A DNA stretch of 64,000 nt from Anaeromyxobacteraceae bacterium (GTDB lineage: Bacteria > Myxococcota > Myxococcia > Myxococcales > Anaeromyxobacteraceae): the NCBI GenBank assembly GCA_047602405.1, contig JASGHJ010000002.1:3040001-3104000 (forward strand). Reading direction: 5' to 3'. Below, piece by piece: positions 18,296-29,472 of this stretch (positions are counted from its first letter, which is position 1; each line of letters begins with the position of its first letter). The notes beneath the pieces are model-generated. The model was not told the DNA's origin. It ran no database searches and worked only from the letters and a program-made list of their open reading frames with translations. Position numbers and translations under genes: made by a program.

Positions 18296-19644
18296 TGGAC
18301 CTCGAGGAGCTCCGGCGGCGCGGCGGCGTCGCCGAGGGGGTGGCCATCGCGGAGCGAGATCTCGTCGTGGTGCAGTACGTTCGCGAAGAGGTAGCCCGCG
18401 GCGCGGCGGAGCGTGGCGCGGTTCCCGGGCGCCAGCAGGCGGGCCGCGGTGGAGCGCCAGGAGTAGAAGGCGCGCCGGGCGTCCAGGCACGCGCCGCGCA
18501 GCGTCTCGGGGCTCATCCGCGCCGGCCGGTAGGCCACCTGGCCGAAGCGGTAGCCGGGGTCGAGCCACCAGCGGTCGAAGAGGAGGCGCCCCTCGCGCGC
18601 GAGCCGGTCGTGGAGCGGCGTGCCGGGGAACGGGGTGAGGTGCGCGAACGCGGCGAGGAACATGCCCGACTCGCGCGCGAGCGCGAGCGACGGCGCGAAG
18701 GCGTCCGGGCCGTCCTGCTCGTAGCCGGCGACGAAGGTGCCGTAGACGGCGATGCGGTGCCGGCGCAGGTTCGCGAGCGCCCGCGCCACCCGGTCGCCGC
18801 CGTTGAAGGTCTTCCCCATGGCGCGGAGCACCTCGGGGTCGGTCGTCTCGAGCCCGATGAGCACGCCCTGGCAGCCGCTCCGCGCCATGCGCGCGACGAG
18901 GTCCTCGTCGAGGGCCGCGTGGATGGAGCACTGCGAGATCGAGGGTGCCCGCACGGTGGCGAGCCCGTCGAGGAGCTCCCTCGCGCCGGAGAGGTCGGCG
19001 GTGACGTTGTCGTCGACGAGGAACACGAGCGGGCGCTCCGCCCAGGCGGCGGCGACGTCCGCCACCACCTCGTCCACCGGGCGGGTGGTGCGCGACTGGC
19101 CGTAGGCCGACTGCACCGCGCAGAACTCGCAGTGGTAGGGGCAGCCCCGCCCGGACTCGACGAGGCCGATGGGGAGGTAGCGCCGGCCGCGGTAGAGGGT
19201 GCGGTCCGGCCGGACGCCGCGGAGCGCCGGGCGCGAGGTCGAGCGGTAGACGCGCTCGCCGCGCCCGTGGCGCCAGTCGTCGACGACCCTCGGCCAGAGC
19301 ACCTCCGCCTCGCCCACCACCGCGGAGTCGGCGTACCGCGCGACCTCGTCGGGCTGGAGCATCGCGTGGAAGCCGCCCATCACCACCGGCACGCCGCGGC
19401 GGCGGTACGCGCTCGCGATCTGGTAGGCGCGGCGGGCGGTGTAGGTCTCGACGGAGATGGCGACGAGGTCGGTCGGCGCGTCGTAGGGGATCTCCTCCAT
19501 GCGGTCGTCGTGCAGCACGACCTCGACGCCGCGCGGCGTGAGCGCGGCCAGCACCGCGAGCTGGAGCGGCTCCATCTGCCAGCTCCTCAGGTACCGCTCG
19601 CCGGGCCGCCGGCCGATGCAGGGCTGCACGAAGCTCACGCGCAC
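18292..19644 (-). CDS. B12-binding radical SAM protein 2
   Basis: Start VRVSFVQP at 19644; VVMGGFH, VVGEAE, SGRGCPYHCEFC (CxxxCxxC), FLVDDN, LTPFPGT. Confidence 0.9.
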   Translation of the reverse strand: MRVSFVQPCIGRRPGERYLRSWQMEPLQLAVLAALTPRGVEVVLHDDRMEEIPYDAPTDLVAISVETYTARRAYQIASAYRRRGVPVVMGGFHAMLQPDEVARYADSAVVGEAEVLWPRVVDDWRHGRGERVYRSTSRPALRGVRPDRTLYRGRRYLPIGLVESGRGCPYHCEFCAVQSAYGQSRTTRPVDEVVADVAAAWAERPLVFLVDDNVTADLSGARELLDGLATVRAPSISQCSIHAALDEDLVARMARSGCQGVLIGLETTDPEVLRAMGKTFNGGDRVARALANLRRHRIAVYGTFVAGYEQDGPDAFAPSLALARESGMFLAAFAHLTPFPGTPLHDRLAREGRLLFDRWWLDPGYRFGQVAYRPARMSPETLRGACLDARRAFYSWRSTAARLLAPGNRATLRRAAGYLFANVLHHDEISLRDGHPLGDAAAPPELLEVQ

Positions 19645-21090
19645 GGCGCCCTCCGGGGCTCGTCGGCGGGGGCGGCGGCGGACGCCGCGACGGCGGCCGC
19701 GGCGGGCGCCGCGACGGCGATGGGCCCGGCCGCGGCGGCGCGCTCGAGGGGCGACGGCGGCGCCGGGCTGAAGCCGACGATCCAGTCGCAGGTGTAGAAG
19801 CGGTGGAGGTTGCGCGCGTAGAAGCGGTAGCCGAGGTTCGCGGCGAGGAGGAGGTGCGGGTCCACCCGGGAGCGGAGGAGCCGCGAGGCGATGCTGCGGA
19901 GCCGGTAGGCGTGGCGCCAGGCCCGCTGGTGGCCCTCCTCGAGCTCCCGCACGGTCATGTTCCTCGGCTGGAAGACGACGTGCTGGGCGTCGTAGAGCTC
20001 CCAGTTCCGCGTGAGGATCCGGCCCTCGGCGTCGAGCCGCCGGTGGAGCGGCGTGCCGGGGAACGGCGTCACGATGGCGAAGCGCGGGAGATCGATGGCG
20101 GCGTCCACCGCGAAGCGCGCGGTCTTCTCGAAGACGTCGGGGGTGTCGTCGTCGAGCCCGAACGCGAAGCAGCCCATGAGCGCGATGCGGTGCCGGTGGA
20201 GGTCCGCGACGAGCGCCTTGTAGCGCTCGGGGTCGTTGAAGCCCTTCCGCGTCTTCGCGAGCGAGGCCTCGCAGAGCGACTCGAGCCCGATGAGCAGGCC
20301 CGCGCAGCCGCTCCGCGCGGCGAGCGCGAGGAGGTCCCGGTCGAGGCCGATGAGGGTCGTCGCGAGGCCGTACCAGCGGATGCGGAGCGGCACGAGCGCC
20401 TCGAAGAGGCGCGCCGCGTACCGGGTGTCGGAGACGAGGTTGAGGTCGATGAAGAGGACCTTCGGGGCGCCGAAGCGGCGGATGTCCTCGACGACGTCCT
20501 CGACCGGCTTCTGATGCTGCCTGCGCCCCCAGGCGGCGGGCGCGACGCAGAACTCGCAGTCGTGCGCGCAGGAGCGGGTCGCCTCGAAGACGGCGCGGGT
20601 GAAGTACTTCGCGGGATTCGAGGAGCTCGCGCCGCGGGAAGGGCAGCCCGGCGAGCGAGAGGTGCTCGCCCTGCGCGTAGCGCGGCGCGAGGCGCCCGGC
20701 CGCGAGGTCGCGCAGGAGCCGCGGCCAGGTCTCCTCGGCGTAGCCGGTGACCACCGCGTCGGCGTGCGCCTGGGCCTCGTCCGGCACGAGCGTCGGGTGC
20801 GGCCCGCCGAGCACCACCTTCGTCCCGCGGGCGCGGAGCCGGTCGGCGATGGCGTAGCCGCGGAGCGAGGAGCCGGTGATGAGCGTGATGCCCACGAGGT
20901 CGGCGTCGATCCGGTCCGGGTCGACGTCCTGGATCCCCTCGTCGAGGAGCTCGACCTCGGCGTGCAGCTCCGGCGGGACGTAGGCGGCGAGCGTCGTGAG
21001 CGTGAGCGGCCCGTAGCGGAGCGAGCGGCCGAAGATGCCGCCGCGGTGCCGGTAGAGCGGGCCCTTCGGAGAGACGAGCGCGATGCGCAT
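19635..21090 (-). CDS. B12-binding radical SAM protein 1; +1 frameshift at ~20617 (probable sequencing error)
   Basis: GAGGAGG RBS; PLTLTTLAA, VVLGGPHPT, then in the shifted frame EATRSCAHDCEFC, LIGLES, VTPFPGT. Length 1456 = 3n+1. Confidence 0.9.
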
Positions 21091-21209
21091 GGGACCTCCT
21101 CGGGAAGGATGCCGCGGGCCGGGCCCGGTGTGACGTCATGGTGAACCCTCCTGGGCACCCGGTCGAGACCGCCGTTGCCACGCGGACCGATACCCGGTCT
21201 CATGGCGGC

Positions 21210-22158
21210 ATGCGCACGCGCTCCACGCTCCTGGCCCTCGCGGCCCTCCTCTCCTCGTCCCCGGCGCTCGCCCACGAGCGCGTCCTCCTCGCCCAGTCCG
21301 GCAAGCCCGCGCCCGCCCCGGAGAAGATCCACCGGGTCGAGAAGCTCGCCGACGACGTCTACGCGATCATCACCGACCGCGGCGGCAACATGGGCCTCGT
21401 CGTCGGCGACCGGTTCTGCGTCCTCATCGACGATCAGTTCGAGCCGCTCGTGCCGGGGCTCCTCGCGGCGATCCGCACGGTGACCCGGAAGCCGCTCAAG
21501 TACCTCGTGAACACGCACCACCACGGCGACCACACCGGCGGCAACCTCGCGCTCGAGCGGCAGGTGCAGGTCATCGTCGCGCACGCCAGCTCGCGCAGGA
21601 ACCAGGCGGCCTCGCCCATGACGGCGGAGGCGGCGAAGAAGGGCGGGCTCCCGGAGCTCGTGTTCGGCGAGGCCGACCCGAAGGCGAAGGCGATGCTGGC
21701 GATCTACCTCGGTGGGATGGAGCTGCACCTCGTCCACCAGGCGCCGGCCCACACCGACGGCGACCTGATGGTCGGGATCCCGCAGCGCCACGTGCTCTTC
21801 GCGGGCGACGTCTTCTTCAACGGGATGACCCCGTTCATCGACACCTCCGCGGGCGGCAGCCTCGCCGGCTACCTCGAGAACCTCGACTACCTGCTCTCGT
21901 TCGTCCCGGACGACTCGAAGGTGGTCCCCGGGCACGGCCCGGTCGGCACGAAGGCCGACCTCGCCCGCTTCCGCGACTTCCTCGCCGCCGTGCAGAAGCA
22001 CGTCGCGGCGAGCCCCGGGAAGACCGGCGCGGAGCTCGCGGCGAGCTTCGACCGCAAGGCCTTCCCCGGCATCACCGACATCCCGAACTTCCTCTCCTGG
22101 GAGGCCTTCTTCGATTCTCGCCGCCGGGCGGCCGCCTCGGCTCCCGAAGGGGAAGTGA
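21210..22158 (+). CDS. Secreted metallo-beta-lactamase-fold hydrolase; +1 frameshift at ~22115 near the C-terminus
   Basis: Signal peptide, NTHHHGDHTGGN, AHTDGD, FAGD, PGHG. Removing one T gives FFDLAAGRPPRLPKGK* ending at 22158 and removes a >400-bp overlap with the convergent gene. Confidence 0.85.
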
Positions 22159-22165
22159 GGCAGCG

Positions 22166-24685
22166 CTACTCGACGGCGATCGAGAGGCTCGCGGGCAGGA
22201 GCCCCACGCCCGTCGCCGTGAGCGTGATCGTGCCGGCGGCGCCGGTCGGCCGCACGACGGCGAGCGCCTTCCCGCGGAACGTCACGAGCCGAGGGGCCTG
22301 GAAGCTCGCCACCCGGTTCGGCATCGCGCTGCCCGCGGCCACGAGCTCGCCGGGGCCGCTCACCGCGAGGTCCACGGTCGTCGCGGCGTTCGGGTCGAGG
22401 TTCCCGGCGGCGTCCACGGCCTCCACGCGGACGAACGCGAGGTCGTCCCGGGCGGCGCCGAGGCGAGGACGATCCGGGCGGAGCACGAGCCCGACGGCGG
22501 GGCCGGACGTCGAGAGCGACCGGGTCGCCACCGGGACGCCGCCCGCGAGGGCGACCGCCCGGATCGTCCCCGCCGCGTAGGGGACCTCGAAGCGCGCGGC
22601 GAGCGCCGCGGCCGGCTTCGCCGCCGAGATGCCGGCCGGCCCCCGCTCGAACGAGACGGGCTTCTCGCCGAGGCTCACGCCGTCGAGCTCGAGCCGGACG
22701 GCGTCGGCCCGCGTGTAGACGGTGACCGTGAGCGGGGTCCCCTCGGCCCCGGGCCAGGTCCAGCTCGGCCGCTCGTCCGGCCACGCCCAGGGGAACATCA
22801 CCTCGGTGTCCCCGGCCGGCAGCGGCGCGTGGACGAGGACCTCGAGCGGGCGCTCGCCCCACACGACGTCGCGGTACGCGGACTGCGGCTTCTTCTCGCC
22901 GGTGAGGTCGAGGTCGCCGCACCAGGCGTTCACCCAGGGCCACGGATCGAGCCGGTTGAAGGGCGCGCTCGAGGGCCCGGCGTAGCCGACGGCGGGCTCG
23001 CCCAGGTAGTCCATCGCGGACCACACGAAGTCGCCGACGACCCACGGGTACTCGTCCACGCGGCTCCAGATGTCGTACGCGTCGAGCGGCACCGACTCGC
23101 CGCCGAGCATGACCGCGGCGGGGTACGCGGCGTGATCCGGCTCCCAGCCAGACTGGTTGTAGTTGTAGGCCGCGAGGTCGAGGAGCCCGTACGCGGCCAC
23201 GACCGTGGGGGTCGAGCCGGTGCCGGTCCTCGTCGCGCCCTGGAAGGCCTCGGTGATGGGCCGCTCGAGATCGAGGTCCCGCACCGCGGCGACGAGCGCC
23301 GTGGCGGTCGCGAGCCCGGCCTCGGTGAAGCGCTCCGGGATCTCGTTGCCGATGCTCCACACCACCCTCGGGTGGTTGCGGTCGCGCCGGAGCATCGAGG
23401 CGAGGTCGGTGGTCCAGCTCGCGGCGAAGTGCTGCGCGTAGTCGTCCGGGCTCTTCGCGGTGTTCCAGACGTCGGTGAACTCGTCGACCACGAGCACGCC
23501 GAGGCGGTCGCACGCCTCGAGGAGGCGGCGGGACGGCGGGTTGTGCGCGGTCCGGATGGCGTTGAAGCCGCTCGCCTTCAGGAGCTCGACCTTGCGCTCC
23601 TCGGCGCGGGCGAACGCCGCCCCGCCGAGGAGGCCGTTGTCGTGGTGGATCGCCGCGCCGCGGAGCTCGGTGGGCACCCCGTTCACGCGCAGCCCCTGGA
23701 CCGCGTCCCACGCGAGCGACCGCAGGCCGACCTTCAGGGGGTAGCTGTCCACCCGCGCGCCCCCCGCGTGCAGCTCGACCACGAGCTCGTGGAGGTGCGG
23801 GGTCGCCGGCGACCAGCGGAGCGGCGCGGCCACCTCCAGGAGCTGCTCGACGTTCACCGTCGAGCCCGCCGCGACCGTGCCCGCGCTCGCCGTGGCGCTC
23901 GCCGCGAGCGTCCCGTCGGGCGCGACGAGCCGCGCGCGGACCTCGACCTCGCGCGGCACCGCGGCGTCGTTCACGACCGTGACCGTGAGGCGCACCCGGG
24001 CCCGCTCGGCCGAGACCTCGGGGGTCGTGACGTGCACGCCCCAGAGGTCGACGTGCACCGGATCGGTCACGACGAGGCGGACCTCGCGGTACAGGCCCGA
24101 CCCCGTGTACCAGCGGCTGTTCAGGCCGCGGTTGCGGGCCCGGACGGCGAGGACGTTGTCCTGCCCGGGCGCGAGGAGGTGCGGGGTGAGGTCGTACGCG
24201 AACGCGGTGTAGCCGTAGGGCTGGTGGCCGAGGTGGTGCCCGTTCAGCCAGACGTCCGACTCGACGAGGACACCGTCGAAGAGCACCGCCACGCGCTTGC
24301 CCGCGTCGGCCGGGTCGAGGGTGAAGTGCCGGCGGTACCAGCCCGTGCCGCCGTAGGTGTACGCCTGCGCCGGGCGGCCGAGCGCGCGCGTGAAGGGGCC
24401 CACCGTCCCGGGCTCGTCGGAGGCGAGGTCCTCGATGCCGAAGTCGTGCGGGAGGTCCACCTCTCGCCAGGCGGCGTCGTCGTACCCGGGGACCTGGGCG
24501 CCCTCGTGCGGGTCGGTGGGATCCCCGACGACGTCCCGCGCGAACCGCCACCCGCCGTCGAAGGGCCGCTCCCGCGGCGGTGCGGCGGCCTGGGGCGCCG
24601 CAGGCCCGTCCCCGGCGCAGGCCGGGAGGAGCAGGGTCGTCGCGGCGGCGAGGACGACCCGGAGGGGCAGGCTGGAGGGGCGCAT
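22166..24685 (-). CDS. Glycoside hydrolase family 2 (beta-galactosidase-like) lipoprotein
   Basis: Lipobox LPAC, VDLPHDF, GWYRRHF, RWYTGSGLYR, IRTAHNP, RDRNHP..WSIGNE, FVWSAMDYLGE. Confidence 0.92.
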   Translation of the reverse strand: MRPSSLPLRVVLAAATTLLLPACAGDGPAAPQAAAPPRERPFDGGWRFARDVVGDPTDPHEGAQVPGYDDAAWREVDLPHDFGIEDLASDEPGTVGPFTRALGRPAQAYTYGGTGWYRRHFTLDPADAGKRVAVLFDGVLVESDVWLNGHHLGHQPYGYTAFAYDLTPHLLAPGQDNVLAVRARNRGLNSRWYTGSGLYREVRLVVTDPVHVDLWGVHVTTPEVSAERARVRLTVTVVNDAAVPREVEVRARLVAPDGTLAASATASAGTVAAGSTVNVEQLLEVAAPLRWSPATPHLHELVVELHAGGARVDSYPLKVGLRSLAWDAVQGLRVNGVPTELRGAAIHHDNGLLGGAAFARAEERKVELLKASGFNAIRTAHNPPSRRLLEACDRLGVLVVDEFTDVWNTAKSPDDYAQHFAASWTTDLASMLRRDRNHPRVVWSIGNEIPERFTEAGLATATALVAAVRDLDLERPITEAFQGATRTGTGSTPTVVAAYGLLDLAAYNYNQSGWEPDHAAYPAAVMLGGESVPLDAYDIWSRVDEYPWVVGDFVWSAMDYLGEPAVGYAGPSSAPFNRLDPWPWVNAWCGDLDLTGEKKPQSAYRDVVWGERPLEVLVHAPLPAGDTEVMFPWAWPDERPSWTWPGAEGTPLTVTVYTRADAVRLELDGVSLGEKPVSFERGPAGISAAKPAAALAARFEVPYAAGTIRAVALAGGVPVATRSLSTSGPAVGLVLRPDRPRLGAARDDLAFVRVEAVDAAGNLDPNAATTVDLAVSGPGELVAAGSAMPNRVASFQAPRLVTFRGKALAVVRPTGAAGTITLTATGVGLLPASLSIAVE

Positions 24686-24812
24686 TCACCGGCATCATGG
24701 CCGGGGCGCGCCCGCGGTTCTTTCGCGTTCTTGCACGGCCTGGGCGATCCCTGCGAAGCCCAGCGGAGCGGGTCCGGGGAGAGGCCCGTGGAGGCTGCTC
24801 CACGGGGAGGGG

Positions 24813-26141
24813 CTATGCCCCCTCCGGCGTACCGAAGACGCGCCCGAAGATGTAGTCCACGTGGCGCATGTGGTGGTCGAGGTCGAAGCAGGCGTCGATC
24901 TCGGCCGCGGAGAGGTGCCTCGCGACGTCGGCGTCGGCCCGGAGGGCGGTCTTGAAGTCGACCTTCTCCTCCCAGACCTTCATCGCGTTCCGCTGGACGT
25001 AGACGTAGCCCTCCTGGCGGGCGACGCCCTTGTTCACGAGCGCGACCAGCACCCGGCCGGTCTCGTAGAGGCCGCCGGTGAGGGCGAGGTTCTCCCGCAT
25101 GCGCTCCGGGTAGACCCGCAGGCTCTCCATCATCCCGGCGAAGCGGTGCAGCGAGAAGTCGAGCGTGACCGTGGCGTCGGGGCCGATGACCCGCTCGACC
25201 GACGAGTGGCTGATGTCGCGCTCGTGCCAGAGCGCCACGTCCTCCATCGCGGCGACCGACCAGGCGCGCAGGAGGCGGGCCTGGCCGGTGAGGTTCTCGG
25301 AGAGGATGGGGTTCCGCTTGTGCGGCATCGCGGAGGAGCCCTTCTGCCCCGGGGTGAACGGCTCCTCGGCCTCGCGGACCTCGGTGCGCTGGAAGTGGCG
25401 CACCGCGGTGGCGTGCTGCTCGAGGGTCCCGCCCGCGAGCGCGAGCGCGGTGAAGTACTCGGCGTGCCGGTCGCGGTTCACGACCTGGGTGGCGGCCCCC
25501 TCGGCGCCCTCGAGGCCGAGCCGCTCCATCACGAAGGCCTCGACGCGCGGGTCGAGCGACTGGAACGTGCCGACCGCGCCGGAGATCTTGCCGACCGCCA
25601 CGGTGCGCCCGGCGCGCTCGAGGAGCGACCGGCGCCGGGTCCAGGCGTCGTACCAGCCCGCGAGGACGAGGCCGAAGGTGGTGGGCTCGGCGTGGATGCC
25701 GTGGCTGCGGCCCATGAGCGGCGTCCGCCTGTGCTCGAACGCCCGCTTCTTCAGCGCCGCGAGGACGCGGTCCATGCCCGAGAGCAGGAGCGCGGTCGCC
25801 TCCTTCAGCTGGACGGCGAGCGTCGTGTCGAGGACGTCGGAGGAGGTCATCCCCTTGTGCAGCTGGCGCGCGGGGGCGCCGCCCTTCTCCTCGGCCCAGG
25901 TCAGGAACGCGATGACGTCGTGCTTGACCGTCCGCTCGATCTCGTCGATGCGCGCGACGTCCGCCGCCGTGAAGGCGTAGCCGTCGAAGGTCTTCTTCAG
26001 CGCGGCGAGGTCCTCGGCCGGCACCTCGCCGAGGCGGACCATCGCCTCGCAGGCGGCCAGCTCGACGTCGAGCCAGATCCGCAGGCGCCGCTCCGGCGCC
26101 CAGATGCGAGCCATCTCGGGTCGGGTGTAGCGCGGGATCAT
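24813..26141 (-). CDS. purB: Adenylosuccinate lyase
   Basis: MIPRY, GRSHGIHAEP, GSSAMPHKRNP, WHERDISHSS. Confidence 0.97.
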   Translation of the reverse strand: MIPRYTRPEMARIWAPERRLRIWLDVELAACEAMVRLGEVPAEDLAALKKTFDGYAFTAADVARIDEIERTVKHDVIAFLTWAEEKGGAPARQLHKGMTSSDVLDTTLAVQLKEATALLLSGMDRVLAALKKRAFEHRRTPLMGRSHGIHAEPTTFGLVLAGWYDAWTRRRSLLERAGRTVAVGKISGAVGTFQSLDPRVEAFVMERLGLEGAEGAATQVVNRDRHAEYFTALALAGGTLEQHATAVRHFQRTEVREAEEPFTPGQKGSSAMPHKRNPILSENLTGQARLLRAWSVAAMEDVALWHERDISHSSVERVIGPDATVTLDFSLHRFAGMMESLRVYPERMRENLALTGGLYETGRVLVALVNKGVARQEGYVYVQRNAMKVWEEKVDFKTALRADADVARHLSAAEIDACFDLDHHMRHVDYIFGRVFGTPEGA

Positions 26142-26165
26142 GGCGGGCTCCTCGAGGGCGGAGGT

Positions 26166-26612
26166 TCAGTGCTTTCCGGTCGACCCGAAGCCGCCGGCGC
26201 CGCGGCCGGTGTCGGTGAGCTCGTCGACGAGCTCGACCTCGGCCTGCACCACGGGGGCGACCACGAGCTGGGCGATGCGCTCGCCGCGGGCGAACGAGAC
26301 CGGCACCTGCCCGTGGTTCACGAGCAGGACGCCGATCTCGCCGCGGTAGTCCGCGTCGATGGTGCCAGGCGCGTTCACCATGCCGACGCCGTGGCGGGCG
26401 GCGAGGCCGGAGCGCGGCCTCACCTGCCCCTCGTGCCCGGGCGGCAGCTCGACGGCGAGCCCGGTGGGGACGAGCCGCCGCTCGCCGGGGGCGAGGGCGA
26501 CGGGCTCGTCCGCGCGGAGATCCATCCCGGCGGCGCCGGGCGTCTCGTAGCGGGGGAGGTCGAGCGGCGGGCCGCGCTGGCCGACCCGCCGGAACCTGAC
26601 CTTCACCGTCAC
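26166..26612 (-). CDS. dut: dUTP diphosphatase
   Basis: [38 protein letters not shown]. Confidence 0.97.
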   Translation of the reverse strand: MTVKVRFRRVGQRGPPLDLPRYETPGAAGMDLRADEPVALAPGERRLVPTGLAVELPPGHEGQVRPRSGLAARHGVGMVNAPGTIDADYRGEIGVLLVNHGQVPVSFARGERIAQLVVAPVVQAEVELVDELTDTGRGAGGFGSTGKH

Positions 26613-26624
26613 GCGGCGGATCCC

Positions 26625-28787
26625 TTACGACTTCGCCGGCTCGGCCGGGGCGGCGCCGCCCGAGGCCTTCGCGGCGTCGGCGAGCGCCTCCTTGCGGGAG
26701 AGGCGGATCTTCCCGGCGCGGTCGACCGAGATGACCTTCACCATGACCTCCTCGCCCTCGCTGAGCACGTCGGAGACGTTCTTCACGCGCTTGTCGGAGA
26801 GCTCGGAGACGTGGATGAGGCCGTCGGTGCCCGGGAACAGCTCCACGAAGGCGCCGAACTCCACGATCTTGCGCACCGTGCCCGTGTAGATGCGGCCGAC
26901 CTCGGCCTCCTGGGTGAGGGCGCGGATCATCTTGATCGCCTCCTCCACCTTCTCGTTGTTCGAGGAGGCGATGGAGACCGAGCCGTCGTCCTCGATGTTG
27001 ATCGAGGTGCCGGTGCGGGCGGTGATGTCCTTGATGGTCTTGCCGCCGGGCCCGATGATGTCCTTGATGCGCTCCGGGCGGATCTTGATGGTGGTGATCC
27101 GCGGCGCGTAGACGCTGATGGACTCGCGGGTCTTCGGGAGCGCCTTCAGCATCTCGCCGAGGATGTGCTTGCGGCCCGCGGCGGCCTGGTTGAGCGCCGT
27201 CTCGAGGATCTGCCGGGTCACGCCGGTGATCTTGATGTCCATCTGGATGGACGTGATGCCCGCGGCGGTGCCGCAGACCTTGAAGTCCATGTCGCCGAGG
27301 TGGTCTTCGTCGCCGAGGATGTCGGACAGGATGGCGATCTTCTCGCCCTCCTTGATGAGGCCCATCGCGATGCCGGCGACCGGCGCCGAGATCGGCACGC
27401 CCGCGTCCATGAGCGACAGGCAGCCGCCGCAGACCGAGGCCATCGAGGAGGAGCCGTTCGACTCCATGATGTCGGAGACGATGCGGACCGTGTACGGGAA
27501 CTTGTCCTCGGCCGGCATGACGTAGCGGAGCGCGCGCTCCGCGAGGGCGCCGTGGCCGATCTCGCGCCGGCCCGGGGAGCGGAGGAACTTCGCCTCGCCG
27601 ACGGAGAACGGCGGGAAGTTGTAGTGCAGCATGAACTTCTTGAAGATCATGCCGGTGAGCATCTCGACGCGCTGCTCGTCCTCGGAGGTGCCAAGGGTCG
27701 TGGCGACGAGCGCCTGCGTCTCACCGCGCGTGAAGAGGGCCGAGCCGTGCACGCGGGGGAGGAGCCCCACCTCGGAGGTGATCTTGCGGATGTCGGTCGG
27801 GCCGCGCCCGCCGATCCGCCGACCCTCGTCGGTGATCATCTTGCGCATGTATTCGTACTTCACGTCCTCGTAGTAGCCCTTGATCTCCTTCTCGCGGGCC
27901 ACGACGGCGGCGAGCTTCGCGGCGTCGCCGGCGGCCTCTTCCTTCAGGGCCGCCATCAGCTCCTTCTTGATCTCCGAGAGCCGGCCGTAGCGGTCGTGCT
28001 TCTCGTTGCGGGCGTAGGCCTCCTTCGTCTTCTCCCACGTGAGGGCCTTCACCTTGGCCTTCAGGTCCTCGTCCGCCTTCGGCGGCTCGAAGGCGCGCTT
28101 CGGCTTCGCGCCGAAGGCCTTCGCGAGCGCCTCCTGGGCGTCGAGCAGGTCCTTGATGGCCGCCTGGCCGAAGAGGAGGGCCTCGATCATCACGGCCTCG
28201 GAGACCTCCTTCGCACCGCCCTCCACCATGACGATGGCGTCGCGGGAGGCGGCCATGACGACGTCGAGGTCGCACTCGGCGCGCTGCGCGATGGTCGGGT
28301 TCGCGATCAGCTCGCCGTTGAGGCGGCCGACGCGGACGCCGGCGATCGGGCCGTTGAACGGCACGTCCGAGCACTGGAGCGCGGCGGAGGCGCCGGTGAG
28401 CGCCAGCACGTCGGTGTCGTTCTCCTGATCGAAGGAGATGACCGACGCGATGATCTGCGTCTCGTTGGCGTAGCCCTCCGGGAAGAGCGGCCGGCACGAG
28501 CGGTCGACGATGCGCGAGGTCAGCGTCTCCTTCTCGGTCGGGCGGCCCTCGCGGCGGAAGAAGCTGCCCGGCACCTTGCCGGCGGCGAAGAGCTTCTCCT
28601 GGTAGTCGACCGTGAGCGGGAAGAAGTCGATGCCCTCCTTCTTCTCGGCGGCGGACACGACGGTCACGAGGACGATCGAGTCGCCCTGGCGGACCCAGAC
28701 CGAGCCGTGCGCCTGCTTGGCGATCTTGCCCGTCTCGAGCAGGATCTCCTTGCCGCCGACCTTGGCGGTCTTCTGGATGGGATTCAC
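26625..28787 (-). CDS. pnp: Polyribonucleotide nucleotidyltransferase
   Basis: [37 protein letters not shown] and S1 domains; GTG at 28787 after AAAGGT. Confidence 0.97.
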   Translation of the reverse strand: MNPIQKTAKVGGKEILLETGKIAKQAHGSVWVRQGDSIVLVTVVSAAEKKEGIDFFPLTVDYQEKLFAAGKVPGSFFRREGRPTEKETLTSRIVDRSCRPLFPEGYANETQIIASVISFDQENDTDVLALTGASAALQCSDVPFNGPIAGVRVGRLNGELIANPTIAQRAECDLDVVMAASRDAIVMVEGGAKEVSEAVMIEALLFGQAAIKDLLDAQEALAKAFGAKPKRAFEPPKADEDLKAKVKALTWEKTKEAYARNEKHDRYGRLSEIKKELMAALKEEAAGDAAKLAAVVAREKEIKGYYEDVKYEYMRKMITDEGRRIGGRGPTDIRKITSEVGLLPRVHGSALFTRGETQALVATTLGTSEDEQRVEMLTGMIFKKFMLHYNFPPFSVGEAKFLRSPGRREIGHGALAERALRYVMPAEDKFPYTVRIVSDIMESNGSSSMASVCGGCLSLMDAGVPISAPVAGIAMGLIKEGEKIAILSDILGDEDHLGDMDFKVCGTAAGITSIQMDIKITGVTRQILETALNQAAAGRKHILGEMLKALPKTRESISVYAPRITTIKIRPERIKDIIGPGGKTIKDITARTGTSINIEDDGSVSIASSNNEKVEEAIKMIRALTQEAEVGRIYTGTVRKIVEFGAFVELFPGTDGLIHVSELSDKRVKNVSDVLSEGEEVMVKVISVDRAGKIRLSRKEALADAAKASGGAAPAEPAKS

Positions 28788-29016
28788 GAATGCACCTTTC
28801 CGGCCCCCTGGCGCATCGAGCGCCGTCCGTGGGGGCCATGGGCCCGCGTGGCCGACCGAGCTCGGGGCCCGGGAGGTGCCTCTGTTCCTCACTGCGCGTC
28901 CCGTCTGCGGACGGGGGGCGGAGTCGGAAACGGAGGTTCTCCCCTCGGGTCCCTCGCGCGCCCCGGCCGTGCGAGCGCGTTCACTGCTTGTACGCCTCCG
29001 TACCCCGGAAGCGCTT

Positions 29017-29043
29017 GCGCCCCGGTCGAGGTGACCGGGGCGC
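29017..29043 (-). terminator. 11-bp stem hairpin just downstream of rpsO (terminator or processing site)
   Basis: GCGCCCCGGTC-gaggt-GACCGGGGCGC; no U-tract. Confidence 0.5.
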
Positions 29044-29057
29044 CGCCCGCACGTCCG

Positions 29058-29324
29058 CTACTTGCGGATGCCGAGCTTGTCGATGAGGGCCTTGTAGCGG
29101 GCCTCGTCGGTCTTGTGCAGGTAGTCGAGCAGCCGGCGCCGCTGGCCGACGAGCTTCAGGAGCCCGCGGCGGCTGTGGTGGTCCTTCTTGTGCGTCTTGA
29201 AGTGCTCGTTCAGGTACGCCATGCGCTCGGTGATGAGCGCGACCTGGACCTCGGGCGAACCCGTGTCCTTGTCGTGCTGCTTGAACGTCTTGACGAGCTC
29301 CTGCTTCTTGTCCGGGGTGATCAC
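29058..29324 (-). CDS. rpsO: 30S ribosomal protein S15
   Basis: [32 protein letters not shown]. Confidence 0.98.
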   Translation of the reverse strand: MITPDKKQELVKTFKQHDKDTGSPEVQVALITERMAYLNEHFKTHKKDHHSRRGLLKLVGQRRRLLDYLHKTDEARYKALIDKLGIRK

Positions 29325-29443
29325 CTAAGCTGTCCTTTGCCTTGCTGACTGGGCCGTTCCCGAGGGAACGACCGGGTTGATCGGCGAGCCGCCGCGGGGG
29401 CCAAGGTCGGGCCGCGGGCGCCAGTCCGCCGAGTGAGGACGGG

Positions 29444-29472
29444 GATTTACGCGATCCCGGGTCCCCCGTCAA
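29444..29472 (-). promoter_or_regulatory. Putative sigma70 promoter for rpsO
   Basis: TTGACG-17 nt-TAAATC on the minus strand, -35 overlapping the truB stop. Confidence 0.45.

Noticed and set aside
14819..21210. RiPP precursor peptide for the radical SAM pair
   Set aside because: No short ORF with an RBS in or beside the operon, and no SPASM or RRE features seen.
22159..22580. Long overlap of the MBL ORF with the GH2 gene
   Set aside because: Disappears when the extra T at ~22115 is removed; the stop is then at 22158.
29325..29440. S15 autoregulatory leader RNA
   Set aside because: Plausible by position, but I could not support a specific structure by eye; it needs a covariance-model search.
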